In this document: piece after piece, positions 12,975-23,906 of the stretch
How positions within the stretch are numbered: the first letter of the stretch is position 1
Layout: each line of letters starts with the position of its first letter
NCBI GenBank assembly: GCA_032718475.1
Contig: JAUCBJ010007484.1
Coordinates: 124,001-188,000, forward strand
Reading direction: 5' to 3'
Origin: Nemertoderma westbladi
Lineage: Eukaryota; Animalia; Xenacoelomorpha
DNA length: 64,000 nt
The notes under the pieces: generated by a model
Seen by the model: the letters and a program-made list of their open reading frames with translations, nothing else
What the model was told of the DNA's origin: nothing
Database searches by the model: none
Translations under genes and position numbers: made by a program

Positions 12975-15548
12975 ATTTCGTCACTTGGCTAATATTAATC
13001 GTACGGGGACGAAAGTAACGCGGTTGAAAAGGGGAAGAGTGGTACTACCTTCGTATCGAATGGGGGTAAGATATTTATTAATATTTCGGGTGGAAAAAGG
13101 GGCCGTAACTTTGTCCGTTTTTTCCATCTTTTTTACATAATAATTATTTCCAAAATTTTTAATACGACAACGCTAGTAGGAATCTGCCAATTCTTTTTCG
13201 GAAGGTGTAACAGACCACAGGGGCTACATTCCTATCGAATGGGGGTACAAAAAATATGTCGGCAAAAGGGTCCAAAAAGGGCCAGATAATGATAAAGGAT
13301 TTATAACTAATAACTTTTGACTCTAGAAGGTTAAGGTACATTTTATACGGTTAATATTGATACGGGCAATCCAAATATTCGATTGGTTTTGCTGCGCAAA
13401 TGATATAAAAAAAATGAGGGCCAATATTAAAATTTCGCGTTTCAAACTCGCTGCGCGGGAACACGTCTAGCTCGAAAACTACTCAACGTCTGGGAGACGT
13501 ATTTAAACATTCTTATAGAGCGTTAATTTATCAATCTTTCAGCGTTAGTTACAACGCCGTAGCTATTATATAACTGGTGCGGTAGACGATCGTGTGAAAT
13601 AAAATATTTATAAAAAGGGACGAAAAATTTTTTTTTTTTAATAAATCGCACTCCATAATAATTTAGTGTATTGCGCCAAAAGTACATTTAAAATGTAGAA
13701 AATTACCTCCGCTATCTTTTTTTCTTAACATTTATAATTAAAATTATGAATTTTAAGGGCCGAAAAATATCGCGTAATTTTGGCCCTTTTTTCATTTTTT
13801 TTTGGGGCCAAAAATAACCCCTTCTCAAAAGATAGAAAAAAAATTACAGCAAAGAATATACCAATTTTATTGAATTTGGACCACCAGAACCGAAGTTAGA
13901 GCGATTTTAGTGAAAAAATAAAAATAATTTTTTTTGCAAAAAAATTAAGAATGGTCAGGTCAATATTGGATTTCGAACCCGCGAACTTAGGTTTCATTAA
14001 CGTGATTGATAACCACTAGACTATGTGACCAAGATAATTTGAAATTTTCGAGTGACTATTTTTAAACATAAATAACTTCGGTTCTACAGGGCCGTTTAAT
14101 CTGAAACATTTTTCATTGGATAGAGGATAGATTGTAGTGTGTGAAATAGGATAAAACTTGGGAAAAGACTTATGTGCACTTAGTGCAAAATGCACTTAAA
14201 TAGTGAACATTTTTTCGATATTTCAAACACTATTATTTCCAGTTCTATTCGTCGTAGAATGTTATTTTTTGGATTAAAATGTAGTTTAGAATGATTTCTA
14301 ACTATAATCGTAACATTTGTTTAACTTTTTATGTCTATAAAGTGACTTAAAATGTCCATGAATATGGTCCAAAATCGCAAATCCAGATTTATTAAATTGG
14401 ATTTTTGACACTTTTAGCGACTGTCACTTGATCATACACCATCGTAGATCGGTAGAGGATAAACATAAGTTTGTTAAATAAGAGCCACCATTACGATCTG
14501 CTAAAGTGCACTTGTACAAATAAGTGTGCAAAAGTGCAAATTTTTTAATAAGGTCAAATTATATAGTATTGGGTTCTTTTCTTTGCAGATACTTTATTTT
14601 CATATTAATATGTTGTTTGAACCTTACTGAGCGCATTAGGGGATATGCGTACAAATAACCGGCCCTTATGAGGCTTCGATTGGGTAAATTAATAAAACAT
14701 AAGGTTGTATAGTATAATATTCTAAAAACCAGTGTGATATTAAATGCACTTAAAACAATAAATAGAGATCAAACAACAAATGGACCACACAATTAAAAAC
14801 TCGCACAATTTTGTACTTATTATATCGCTTCAAATTAATTCAACAGTGGATATTTGGGGGAAGGGGGAAGTTACAGTGTGCATTCGGCATTACTTTTTTT
14901 CGGGGGAAGTTTGGTGAACTGCATTTCAGTGAATCCAAACTTCCCCCTTTGATATATCATATACTTAAGACATGCTAGGGTGACGGGGAAATATTTGTTT
15001 CTGTCACACTTTGCTTCCATTTATCCTATCCTTTATTATTACCCCAGTCAGATAAGAGATAATAAATCAGTAAAAACTAAACTAAACTGTCTTTCATGCA
15101 AACAAATTTCTGACTAAAGACGGGTGAATGACCATGACCATGGAAATAATTTTAAATATAATTGTATATCAACTATTTGGGGAGGCTTCCAAGTTAAACC
15201 CAAAAACAATTATTTTGTTACATAGTAAATAACGTTGTATGTTCTTCTTCCTCTCATAATAAAATATAAATGAAATATCTCAGATCGCTATGCCCTGTAA
15301 CATTTCACAACCAAAATATTTAAGTGTGAAAAGTGTAGGCCTACCACACTCCGCCCAAACAACCGCAAACGCATAGCCAACAAATTTAACAAAAGGTTAC
15401 ATACATGTTGGGTTCATGACGAGATGAGTGAAAATTGATCGCGTAATATAAAGTAAAAAATTAAGAGACGGGCTGGCTCTCCTCCACTTTCTTACCCAAT
15501 GGATATGTTGTTGTAATAATCTAATATTGGGGCGGCTTTCTCTCGGTT
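12975..15548. mobile_element. Non-coding interspersed repeat, copy 2, inserted in LINE ORF2
   Basis: Same right end as copy 1; left end TTTCGTCACTTGG. It splits ...VVRFIKDY from PPRHHL.... Confidence 0.65.
13952..14030 (-). ncRNA. tRNA-derived segment inside repeat copy 2
   Basis: Identical to 10832-10910. Confidence 0.5.
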
Positions 15549-16099
15549 TGTAGTCTTTAATAAATCGTACTACTTTATTCTGAGCTACTTGTAATTTACA
15601 TTTAAGCTGTTTGGTTAAGCCTTCATACCAAGAAGAGCACGCATAGTCCATGTGACACTGTATTAAAGAAGCGCAAAGTAACTTGCGGGAGTCGGTGTTT
15701 AAACTATTTTTATTTCTGTATAGAAACCTAAGCCTACTGTTTATTTTCGAGAAAATATTTTTCACTATGCTTTCTCCTGATAAGCCGTTATCCAATGTGG
15801 CGCCTAAATATTTAAATTCCTTTTTATTTTCAATCTTATGTCCATTACTAGTGACTTCAAACTTAGTTACCTTCTTTAACTTTCTTTTGAAACCAAACAA
15901 AATACTTTCAGTCTTACCGTAGTGAATGGATAGCTTATTATCAACCAACCACTCATTACAGGATTCTAGAACTGCACTTAACTTTTGGGAAATATTGATA
16001 GGATCTTTATGAGAGAAAATAAGAGCACTGTCGTCGGCATATAAAATGAGTTTAAAATCGGGATCTATACTACTTATCATATCATTTACATAGCATACA
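15549..16099 (-). pseudogene. CR1/L2-group LINE RT, catalytic part
   Basis: CYVNDM...LYADDSAL...WLVDNKLSIHYGKTESILFG...FKYLGATLD...HMDYACSSW (ORF 15397-16080). Confidence 0.92.
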
Positions 16100-16249
16100 G
16101 GTCTAATATAGGTCTATATATATAGGTCTAAGCGATCATTTTATAGTTTTTTGCACAAGAAAGACACAAAAATCTTTTTTCGGGGATCATAAAACAGTAA
16201 CAGTTAGGTCTATGAAAAATTACAGCAAGGAACGCTTTTTAAGCGCTCC

Positions 16250-16388
16250 TTATATTTAGGCGCCACATTGGATAACTGCTTATCAGGAGAAAGTACAGTG
16301 AAAAATATTTTCTCGAAAGTTAACAGTAGGCTTAGGTTTCTATACAGAAATAAAAATAGTTTAAACACTGACTCCTGCAAGTTACTTT
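16250..16388 (+). pseudogene. Short fragment of the same LINE family, cut by the E1 LTR
   Basis: Closely matches the reverse complement of ~15675-15812 (YLGATLDN.LSGES.VKNIFSK). Confidence 0.85.
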
Positions 16389-17134
16389 TGTTGCCGTTAT
16401 TCCTGACACCAAGGGGGAAAACGCCGATGCTCTGGAGGCGGAATTTTTAGACCACTTTATTCCGGCCAGTCACCAGATATTGGGAGTGGAGAAGTATGTT
16501 ATCTGAGATGCAAGATTGCGGGTAGAGAAAAAGTTTCATTGGTTGGATATAATCTTTAATGTAACTTGAACTCTGATTGAACCTTGATTGAGAATAATTT
16601 GGGCTTCCCCACACCAATATACCAAATATTCACAATAATACACAATATAAATTCCTAAAGTAAATTATTTAATTACCCACTGTTCACTTAACTTTCAGAT
16701 TTTGACCTAACTAATGTTCCCCATTTTGTCTCGGTCCTAGTCCCGGTACTGTAGTGTCAGTGTCAGTCGATCCTTTGCTTGTCCGTCCCACCATTCCCGA
16801 ACCCTGACGGGATCGGTCATCAGGAAAGCATTTCTACTAGTGGGTTACCAACTACCGAAGTAGAAGAAGGTTATCTAGGCCTCTAGTAACTATCAGGCAA
16901 CCCTGACAGCCGAGAGTATTGCTTGATTTTACCCCCCACCCATGGCCCTTAAATATCTGAGATGGTTCCCGCGCCCCGTAAGTCGCCACGAGTTTTGCCC
17001 ATAAATCGCCTCCAGTCTATCAAATGTGCCCAAATTTTGTGTTCCCGCACCCACCTCTGATATTGGCACATTCATAAAATATAAATCCAAAAAATATGTA
17101 ACTCGCGTTATGATAAATTGAAATACCGCGAACA
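16389..17134 (-). mobile_element. 3' LTR of outer BEL/Pao element E1 (746 bp)
   Basis: Minus strand TGTTCGCGG...GGCAACA, preceded by polypurine tract TGGGGGGGAC (17135-17144). A homologous LTR start lies at 51523. Confidence 0.8.
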
Positions 17135-17313
17135 GTCCCCCCCAAATGACTTTCGTGAGGTCTATTGGTAGATCGAGTTTGCGTAAGGTCATTTCCCCAT
17201 ATAAAAACCCAATTTTTATTATTGCATAGTCTACGATTAATTTGTCCTAGAGTCAGTTTACGTACATATAAAAATAAATGTTCGAATAAATGTCTATACA
17301 ATGTCCTGGTCTT

Positions 17314-18885
17314 CTATCTCCTGCTTTGATATGCTTTCCTTTTCTTCGCCCGTCGACTTTCATCTATCGCCAGTGCTGGTACGGGGGCATCACTTGCCGA
17401 TGTGAGCATCGCCGCTGCCTGCCTCCTGGCAGCCCTTCCTCGGGGAGGTATCGAAATGAGATCTGTTCTCCTCTCCAACTCGGTGGTTCGAGCCGCCTGG
17501 AACCATTCTCCATCTCCAAACGCTCCCGTATACGAGTATAGATGTATAATCACTTCAAAGGGACCGAATAGATTGGCACTAAGCAATAAATCCACAAAGT
17601 GGAAAGGCAAGGTCTTTACCGTATGGAGGCGTTCGGGAAACGAGAAATATCCGCACGCCATCTCCTGTGCAACGTTTTGAGCGCTCAATCGGGCTCTGGT
17701 CTTTATGTGGACATTGGCGTACGTCTCGAACATAACCATGTTCCCGGTAGCTGTAACATCCTTGGTAGGACATTTAATGTTGCACCGAGGGCTCGCTGTA
17801 TGCCCACGGAAGCCGCACATTGTACAGACGTTATAAAGTGTCTGGCAAACCGCTACGTCGTGGCCCGGGGTGGCGCAATACGGACAATATACTATCCCGA
17901 GGATTTGGAAACACGGTTCGGTAACTCATGGTTTCTTACTGCGAGGACACTGCTCCGAACCGCAGCTACTGCAAACATCTAGTTGCATTTCCCGACTGAA
18001 GAATATCGGGATCTGTACGCCGGCGTAATATTCGAATTGTCTATCTTTTTGGGGATAATTGTCATAACCGGAAGCCCGCGGAATGCCGCGATGGCGCGGA
18101 GTTGGGCCTCGCTTCGGTATCCCTCCTTATGGTCCACTGGACGCATCTCAGGTGCCCGTTTCTGACGGTGAATCCACTCCGTCTGTTCCGCGTACCATTG
18201 GGTGAGTCTCATCGGGTCCTGTGGAATGTTGGGAGCCGTCGCAATAGCCGGTCGGCGAAGGGGTTCCGGAATATTCACCGAGGGAATCCCGAGGAGGTCT
18301 CTAGGGGTTGGTGGTATACTAGGGCCCTTCGTAACTTGGATAGCCAATCGCGTCCGCTGGGTACTGGTACTTGGGGTTTCCGTGGACCAATCCTCTCCTC
18401 CAGGAAACGGGTAAGGAGATAACCTCCTGCATGTATGATCGAAGTCACTGAGCGCGAGTGTAGTAACTAGTTCTCTCGCCGGACTACCGGAGCCAAGCGG
18501 AGTAGTTACACCAGAGTCCGTCGTAGGCTCAGTCGCGGCAATTCGCTTAGCGGCTGATCCGTAGGTAACTTCCAGTTCGTGTTGACGTTTCGGTGTGGGT
18601 AACAGAACACCTTTGTGTTTCTATAACTCCTCCCCTTCCGACGATACTATAGGTTCCTCTGCGCCAAGGAGATTGTTAATCGTTGGGATATCGAATGGTC
18701 CATGCAGATCCCAGGATTCGATAATGTCGAGCGTCTTGGTATCTCCCAGTGGGATATTCTGTACCGCCTTGAACGCGCGGTCGATCACCTTGTTCCATTC
18801 GTAGTCTATGAAGGCATTGGGGACCGCGCTAATAAGCTTATCGAGGGTTTTACAGATAAACTTGGCGACCGTGTACGACTCCATC
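17314..18885 (-). pseudogene. E1 accessory ORF, C-terminal half (triple zinc-knuckle region); degraded
   Basis: Manual translation CSSCGSEQC...CPYCATPGHDVAVCQTLYNVCTMCGFRGH...FETYANVHIKTRARL...CGYF aligns with the E2 ORF (CDYCGRQTH...CLYCREPSHRMGACPRLHNRCPKCHFRGH...FEEWADVGAMTRQRM...WGFF). Confidence 0.8.
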
Positions 18886-19440
18886 TGTGACGGGATCCAG
18901 GAAGGATCCCGATTTATCCGGTTGTTTAATTCACTCGTCCCCGCCGTGTGTATGAAAGGTAAAAAAGGGAATCCGTGTCGTTCGTTGTATATAATAACTG
19001 ATATAGATATAGGGTATATAGATATAGGTGTACGGATAATGTTGTCGTATACAGAAGGCGGGATACGGTAATTAAAGTCCCGGTCGGTCCTTCCCTAGCT
19101 AAACTAACTAACCTAAACTAGCACCAATATTACACTGAGATAACTGAACTGATATGATTACTGCCAAGTGGCTATATTGCACGGTTGGCCTTGTTACTCT
19201 ACCTAATCGATGCCTTTCCCCCCTCTGATTGGTTGATACCCTTGTTGGCGCCCTTTGGAGTGTTTCCGTTCACTCCACCTGTTCTCTCTGGGTTAGGGGT
19301 TTGGCCCCTGACCCTCATTGTGTGTTTCCTTCCCATTTTGTTGGGGTGGCACGAGTTGGTTGATTACCCAATCTCGTGGCTACCAATATTGCTTATCGGC
19401 TTAACTTTATGGGGTGTTAGCGGGATTGAATAAGCTAACA
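18886..19440 (-). repeat. E2 3' LTR
   Basis: Direct repeat of 32376-32926, adjacent to the PPT. Confidence 0.97.
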
Positions 19441-20338
19441 CTCCCCCCCATGCTATCTTCCCGGTGAGAAGATAGCATCCACCTTAAGTGCACTACAATC
19501 CCGCTGGATCCCGATCTAGTATCGGGTGTGGGGTGGAATTCTTTTCTCTCGGAGCCGGCTTTCCAGGCCGCTCCCTATGGGTATGATAACGCTACCCTGT
19601 ATGCCTGGCGTCTCATGTTGGGCCGATCGTGCTCACCTCTCACGTGACTTTTGTTTCCCCAACACTTTTGCCCTATCTCTTCTCCACTCTCACCCTAACT
19701 CTCTCATACCCTCGGACCTCCTCGTCCCTCACTCAGCCTCTTATTCTCCCCCCCCACACACTAGAATTGCGTCCGCACTCTCTCCGCACTTCGCACTATT
19801 GCTCCGTTCCTCAACCCCACTTCGATTGCCTCATCCCTTCTGACGAATCTCCCCCCCCCCCCTCTTGTGCCGTCGCACTCAAGAAGTGTGAAATTGTCTG
19901 GTGTCTCGTCCATAGTGCCATAGTCAGTTATCCCCCCAGTCCCAGTAGCTAATTGAGAAAGGTTGTATGACTATAGTACTTACTCCGAATGTATATTTGT
20001 AGATTACTAATTGCTACGTACGTACATACAAATTGCACTTATATGATTATTTGCATTAATTAGATTTGTACTTAATAGTTCGTACGTCCCACGCGGCGCC
20101 TTCCAGGCGTACCACGTCCAAGTCCCAGTTTCTCTCCCTCGGCCCCCGGAACCTATCTGTTCCTCTGGGAATAGTTCCCCCTGGCGTCCTCTTCCCTGGG
20201 TCGTTTCTTGGTTACCACCGCTCCTCTGGGATCCGCTTTCTGCTTTCGGACCTTCGCCGCCACCTCCTTGCTGATTCCGGTTGTTGGCTCCTTGGGCGCT
20301 GGTGTTATTAGTGCCCGATATCGCTTCGCCGGTGGCCC

Positions 20339-22708
20339 CTAAGAGTGGCCCTGTTGTCTCCCTCTGGTGGCGTCCCATAGGATCATCTTCATTGCTTGCG
20401 GTACGTGCTCCGCCAAGAAATCCCTAAACTCCCCTCGGTTCTGTGGCATCCACCTGTCCAAATATCTTTGTGTGTTCATTACTCCGGCATACGACGCCGC
20501 CATCGCTACCTCTTGATAGGTAAACGGTAGCCTCCGCTTTATGATTTCCATGTGAGCCTCCTGATTGATAAGGAAGAAACCCCACTTGAACTCCTGGGCC
20601 TTCATGCGCTGGCGCGTCATGGCCCCGACGTCGGCCCACTCCTCGAATCTCCTGAACTTCTCTTCGTCGTCCATCCAGTCGCACTGGCGTCCGTAGTGTC
20701 CCCGAAAGTGGCACTTTGGACATCGGTTATGCAGTCGTGGACACGCCCCCATCCTGTGGCTCGGTTCTCGGCAGTAGAGACAAGAGGTTCCCTTTTGGAA
20801 CCGGTACAGGCAGCTCCTTTCCTGGTGGGTCTGTCTCCCACAGTAGTCGCAGCCGAGTACCAATGTCTCCCGCCACACGTCGTCTCTCGTCCCAAGCGAT
20901 CTCCGCGGTCTGTGGAGTCGCTGGTAGGCGAATTTCTCCATGTTGGTGTCCCTGTCTACGTCGATCTCTCCGCCCCTCTCGGGCATTGTCTCCCCGAATA
21001 CTATCCTTGGTGCCGTCCCCGGTTGCTCGCCCAACCTGATAGTGCTCCCCGCGAAATCCATCGCCGGCTCCTCGTGCACCCAGGTCCGCTTGCCGGATCT
21101 GTTCCAGAAGGCCCTCGCCCCACTGGCCGTCACCACCCTTCCGCCAACCCAGTCCGTGTCCGAGTGGCCTATCCTCTCGATGGGCGGCATCTCTCCGAAC
21201 TCGTTGCCGTCCTCCTCCTCCTCTGGCAGTGGCTCCAACCCCGGTATCCCGATGGATCCACTATGTCCCTTCCCGCCTTGGCTCTCGCCCGTAGCTCTCC
21301 ATCCCTCTAGCTCCCTTAACTTCCTTGGCGGTTGGTTGCCTTCGGCGCCCGCTGGTATGGGCATCGCTTGCAACCCTGACGTCGACTGTTTCAGCGATCC
21401 CACCATCCATCCCAGTTCTCGCCCTAGAGACTCCCCCGAAATCCCTGACGAAGTCCAATGAAATTCGTCTAAGCCTGCCTGTTCCTCGAAGCCGTAACTC
21501 TGTGTCCTGGCCTCCTCTTCCCTCTCCTCTGCTTCTATCCTCTCCCGTCTAGCGACTTCTTCCAGTCGCTTTGCTTCTCGTCTATCCGTTTCTAGCTGCT
21601 CCCATCTCTGATACGGCGTATCTGTCTCCCCGTCTACCAGATGCCGGCTATTGTAGTACACCGACTCGCCCTTCAGCCCCGGGTGGTCTACCAGACCGTC
21701 GAAGGCCATTTTAAAGGCTCTCCTGTAGCTTAGGGGTGATCCCGATAACAGAAATGCCCCTGGTTCCCTCTCGATGACCACGGTCATAAATAAGTTAAGC
21801 AAACTTATCATCATCCAATCTTCCTGCAGGATATATCGCTTCTGATATACCTTTATCGCTCCTCTGCGGAATTGATATACCTCTTGCTTTCCCGGTCTCA
21901 CTCCCCACTTTAGCGAGTTCACTAGTTCTGCTCGGTATTCTTCCCTGAACTTCCCCCAATCCATCGGTTTGTGGCACACGAGCCCCAATAATTGGCCCAT
22001 TGCCACCGCCCCGCATTGGCCTGTGTTTTCGACTACCCCCAACCCATCCGGTGCCGTCATAGCCATAAAGACCTTCTGCATATCCAGGAGGTTGGTGGCG
22101 TTCGGACCGATGATCCTCTCCGCATCCTCGCGAATCGCCGATCCTACTTTCGTCGTCGACTTCTCTCTTACCAAGACTTGTACCGCTTTCGGTAACCGGT
22201 TTAATTTCGGCCCGTCCTTCTTCCCATACATTCCTAGATCAAATAAGAAGATGTCCCCATTTGGCGCGGCCAAATGTAGGAGTATGGTCCTGGCCGACCC
22301 CGCCAATCCTCGTCTCGAACCCGCCTCATCTTCCACGGTTCCCTCGTCGTCTAGGATCATATATCCTCCTCTGTTGACGGACTCTATGAATCTCTTCCAG
22401 TCCTTCCTCGGTGATTCCCTCGGGTACTTCGGAATCCCGAACTTCGCCTCGTCCCCTTCCACCACGTAGTGGAAGTGTTGGAAGATCGCGTTGTCCAGCG
22501 ACGGCGTCCCGTAGGTCCCGACCAGCCGCTGTTCGTGCATCTCCCGGAAGTGATCCTGCAGCGCTCGTGCCGCGTGACCCCTTTCCAACCTCTCGTAGTA
22601 TCCTCTCGTCTTCTCTTCCGGATGCCTCTCGGTGAAATCCACCAGCATCTCCTTTCCTCCTGACTCCGCCTTTCTCTTTCTGATCAATTTGCTCGCCATT
22701 CCGAACAC
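20339..22708 (-). CDS. E2 accessory protein: putative DEDDy 3'-5' exonuclease plus three zinc knuckles (first ATG 22699)
   Basis: Open 789-aa frame. ExoI-like MILDDEG, LLHLA..GDIFLFDL, LPKAVQVLV..STTKVGSAIRED (ExoII-like), LLDMQ, QKRYILQED (ExoIII-like). C-terminal CDYC..H..C, CLYC..H..C, CPKC..H..C. Confidence 0.75.
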   Translation of the reverse strand: MFGMASKLIRKRKAESGGKEMLVDFTERHPEEKTRGYYERLERGHAARALQDHFREMHEQRLVGTYGTPSLDNAIFQHFHYVVEGDEAKFGIPKYPRESPRKDWKRFIESVNRGGYMILDDEGTVEDEAGSRRGLAGSARTILLHLAAPNGDIFLFDLGMYGKKDGPKLNRLPKAVQVLVREKSTTKVGSAIREDAERIIGPNATNLLDMQKVFMAMTAPDGLGVVENTGQCGAVAMGQLLGLVCHKPMDWGKFREEYRAELVNSLKWGVRPGKQEVYQFRRGAIKVYQKRYILQEDWMMISLLNLFMTVVIEREPGAFLLSGSPLSYRRAFKMAFDGLVDHPGLKGESVYYNSRHLVDGETDTPYQRWEQLETDRREAKRLEEVARRERIEAEEREEEARTQSYGFEEQAGLDEFHWTSSGISGESLGRELGWMVGSLKQSTSGLQAMPIPAGAEGNQPPRKLRELEGWRATGESQGGKGHSGSIGIPGLEPLPEEEEDGNEFGEMPPIERIGHSDTDWVGGRVVTASGARAFWNRSGKRTWVHEEPAMDFAGSTIRLGEQPGTAPRIVFGETMPERGGEIDVDRDTNMEKFAYQRLHRPRRSLGTRDDVWRETLVLGCDYCGRQTHQERSCLYRFQKGTSCLYCREPSHRMGACPRLHNRCPKCHFRGHYGRQCDWMDDEEKFRRFEEWADVGAMTRQRMKAQEFKWGFFLINQEAHMEIIKRRLPFTYQEVAMAASYAGVMNTQRYLDRWMPQNRGEFRDFLAEHVPQAMKMILWDATRGRQQGHS

Positions 22709-23184
22709 TCACTCGCTCACCTGCAAGGTGGTGCCTTACCAAGGCGCAATACAGATGAGTGATGTATCTAGGATGTTCTGTACGGTCCGATAATGGCCTA
22801 TTTCTTACTTAACTGCACCTTTTAACCTAAATTATTACTAATTAATTTTGAAGCTAGTAAATGAGCGTAATTTACAATTTCTGTCCGTTACTTTTATTAT
22901 GTTCTAGAATAACTTTCCTTGTGTTGCCATTATTTGTAACTTTCAGCCCTATTCTATTTATTTGTAATTTTAATTTTAATTCTACTGTCCTACTACTTAC
23001 TATTGCCTATGGATTGTTCTATTCTCTAATCCACATTCTGGCCTACTCTGTGGGCCTGTGCAGTACAGCAGTATGCGTCGTGTGGCCACACGATTTACCC
23101 AGCTGTACTCATATGCCCCCCTTTCGTTGCTAACTGCTAACTAATATCTATATCTTATATACCCTTTTACCTCTTACTCTCTCT

Positions 23185-23785
23185 CTCTAACTAACGGTAC
23201 TACGTACCCTCTAACTCTAGTTCTAACTAACTAACGGTACTACGTACCCTCTAACTCTTCTCTAACTAACGCTACTACGTACCCTCTAACTCTTTAACTA
23301 GCGGTACTACGTACCCTCTAACTCTCTAACTAGCGGTACTACGTACCCTCTAACTCTCTAACTAGCGGTACTACGTACCCTCTAACTCTCTAACTAGCGG
23401 TACTACGTACCCTCTAACTCTCTAACTAACGGTACTACGTACCCTCTAACTCTCTAACTAACGGTACTACGTACCCTCTAACTCTCTAACTAACGGTACT
23501 ACATACCCTCTAACTCTCTAACTAGCGGTACTACGTACCCTCTAACTCTCTAACTAGCGGTACTACGTACCCTCTAACTCTCTAACTAACGGTACTACGT
23601 ACCCTCTAACTCCTCTCTAACTAACGGTACTACGTACCCTCTAACTCTCTAACTAACGGTACTACGTACCCTCTAACTCCTCTCTAACTAACGGTACTAC
23701 GTACCTCCTAACTAACTAACTAACTCTAGGTACTACGTACCTTCTTACTGACTAACTTTTGCCTACTAACTGCGTACCTACTATG
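23185..23785. repeat. ~32-bp tandem array between integrase and accessory ORF in E2
   Basis: Unit CTAACTA(A/G)CGGTACTACGTACCCTCTAACTCT; period 32 at 23341/23373. Confidence 0.93.
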
Positions 23786-23906
23786 TACTATTATTTTATT
23801 TTTATTTTCTATTTTTATCTGTTTTTATGTGTGGGAAGGGCGTCTCGCCCTCAATCCCACCCCCCTCAGTCCAAAGCTTGGACGACTAAACTCATGACAA
23901 ACTCCA

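Noticed and set aside
19185-19433. Hydrophobic 82-aa ORF repeated at 32671, with similar ones at 37931 and 50499
   Set aside because: Antisense frames within LTR copies with non-ATG starts; the repetition is explained by LTR identity.
20339-22708. Accessory ORF as an env gene
   Set aside because: No signal peptide, fusion-protein cysteine pattern or C-terminal TM anchor; nuclease-like and zinc-knuckle motifs instead.
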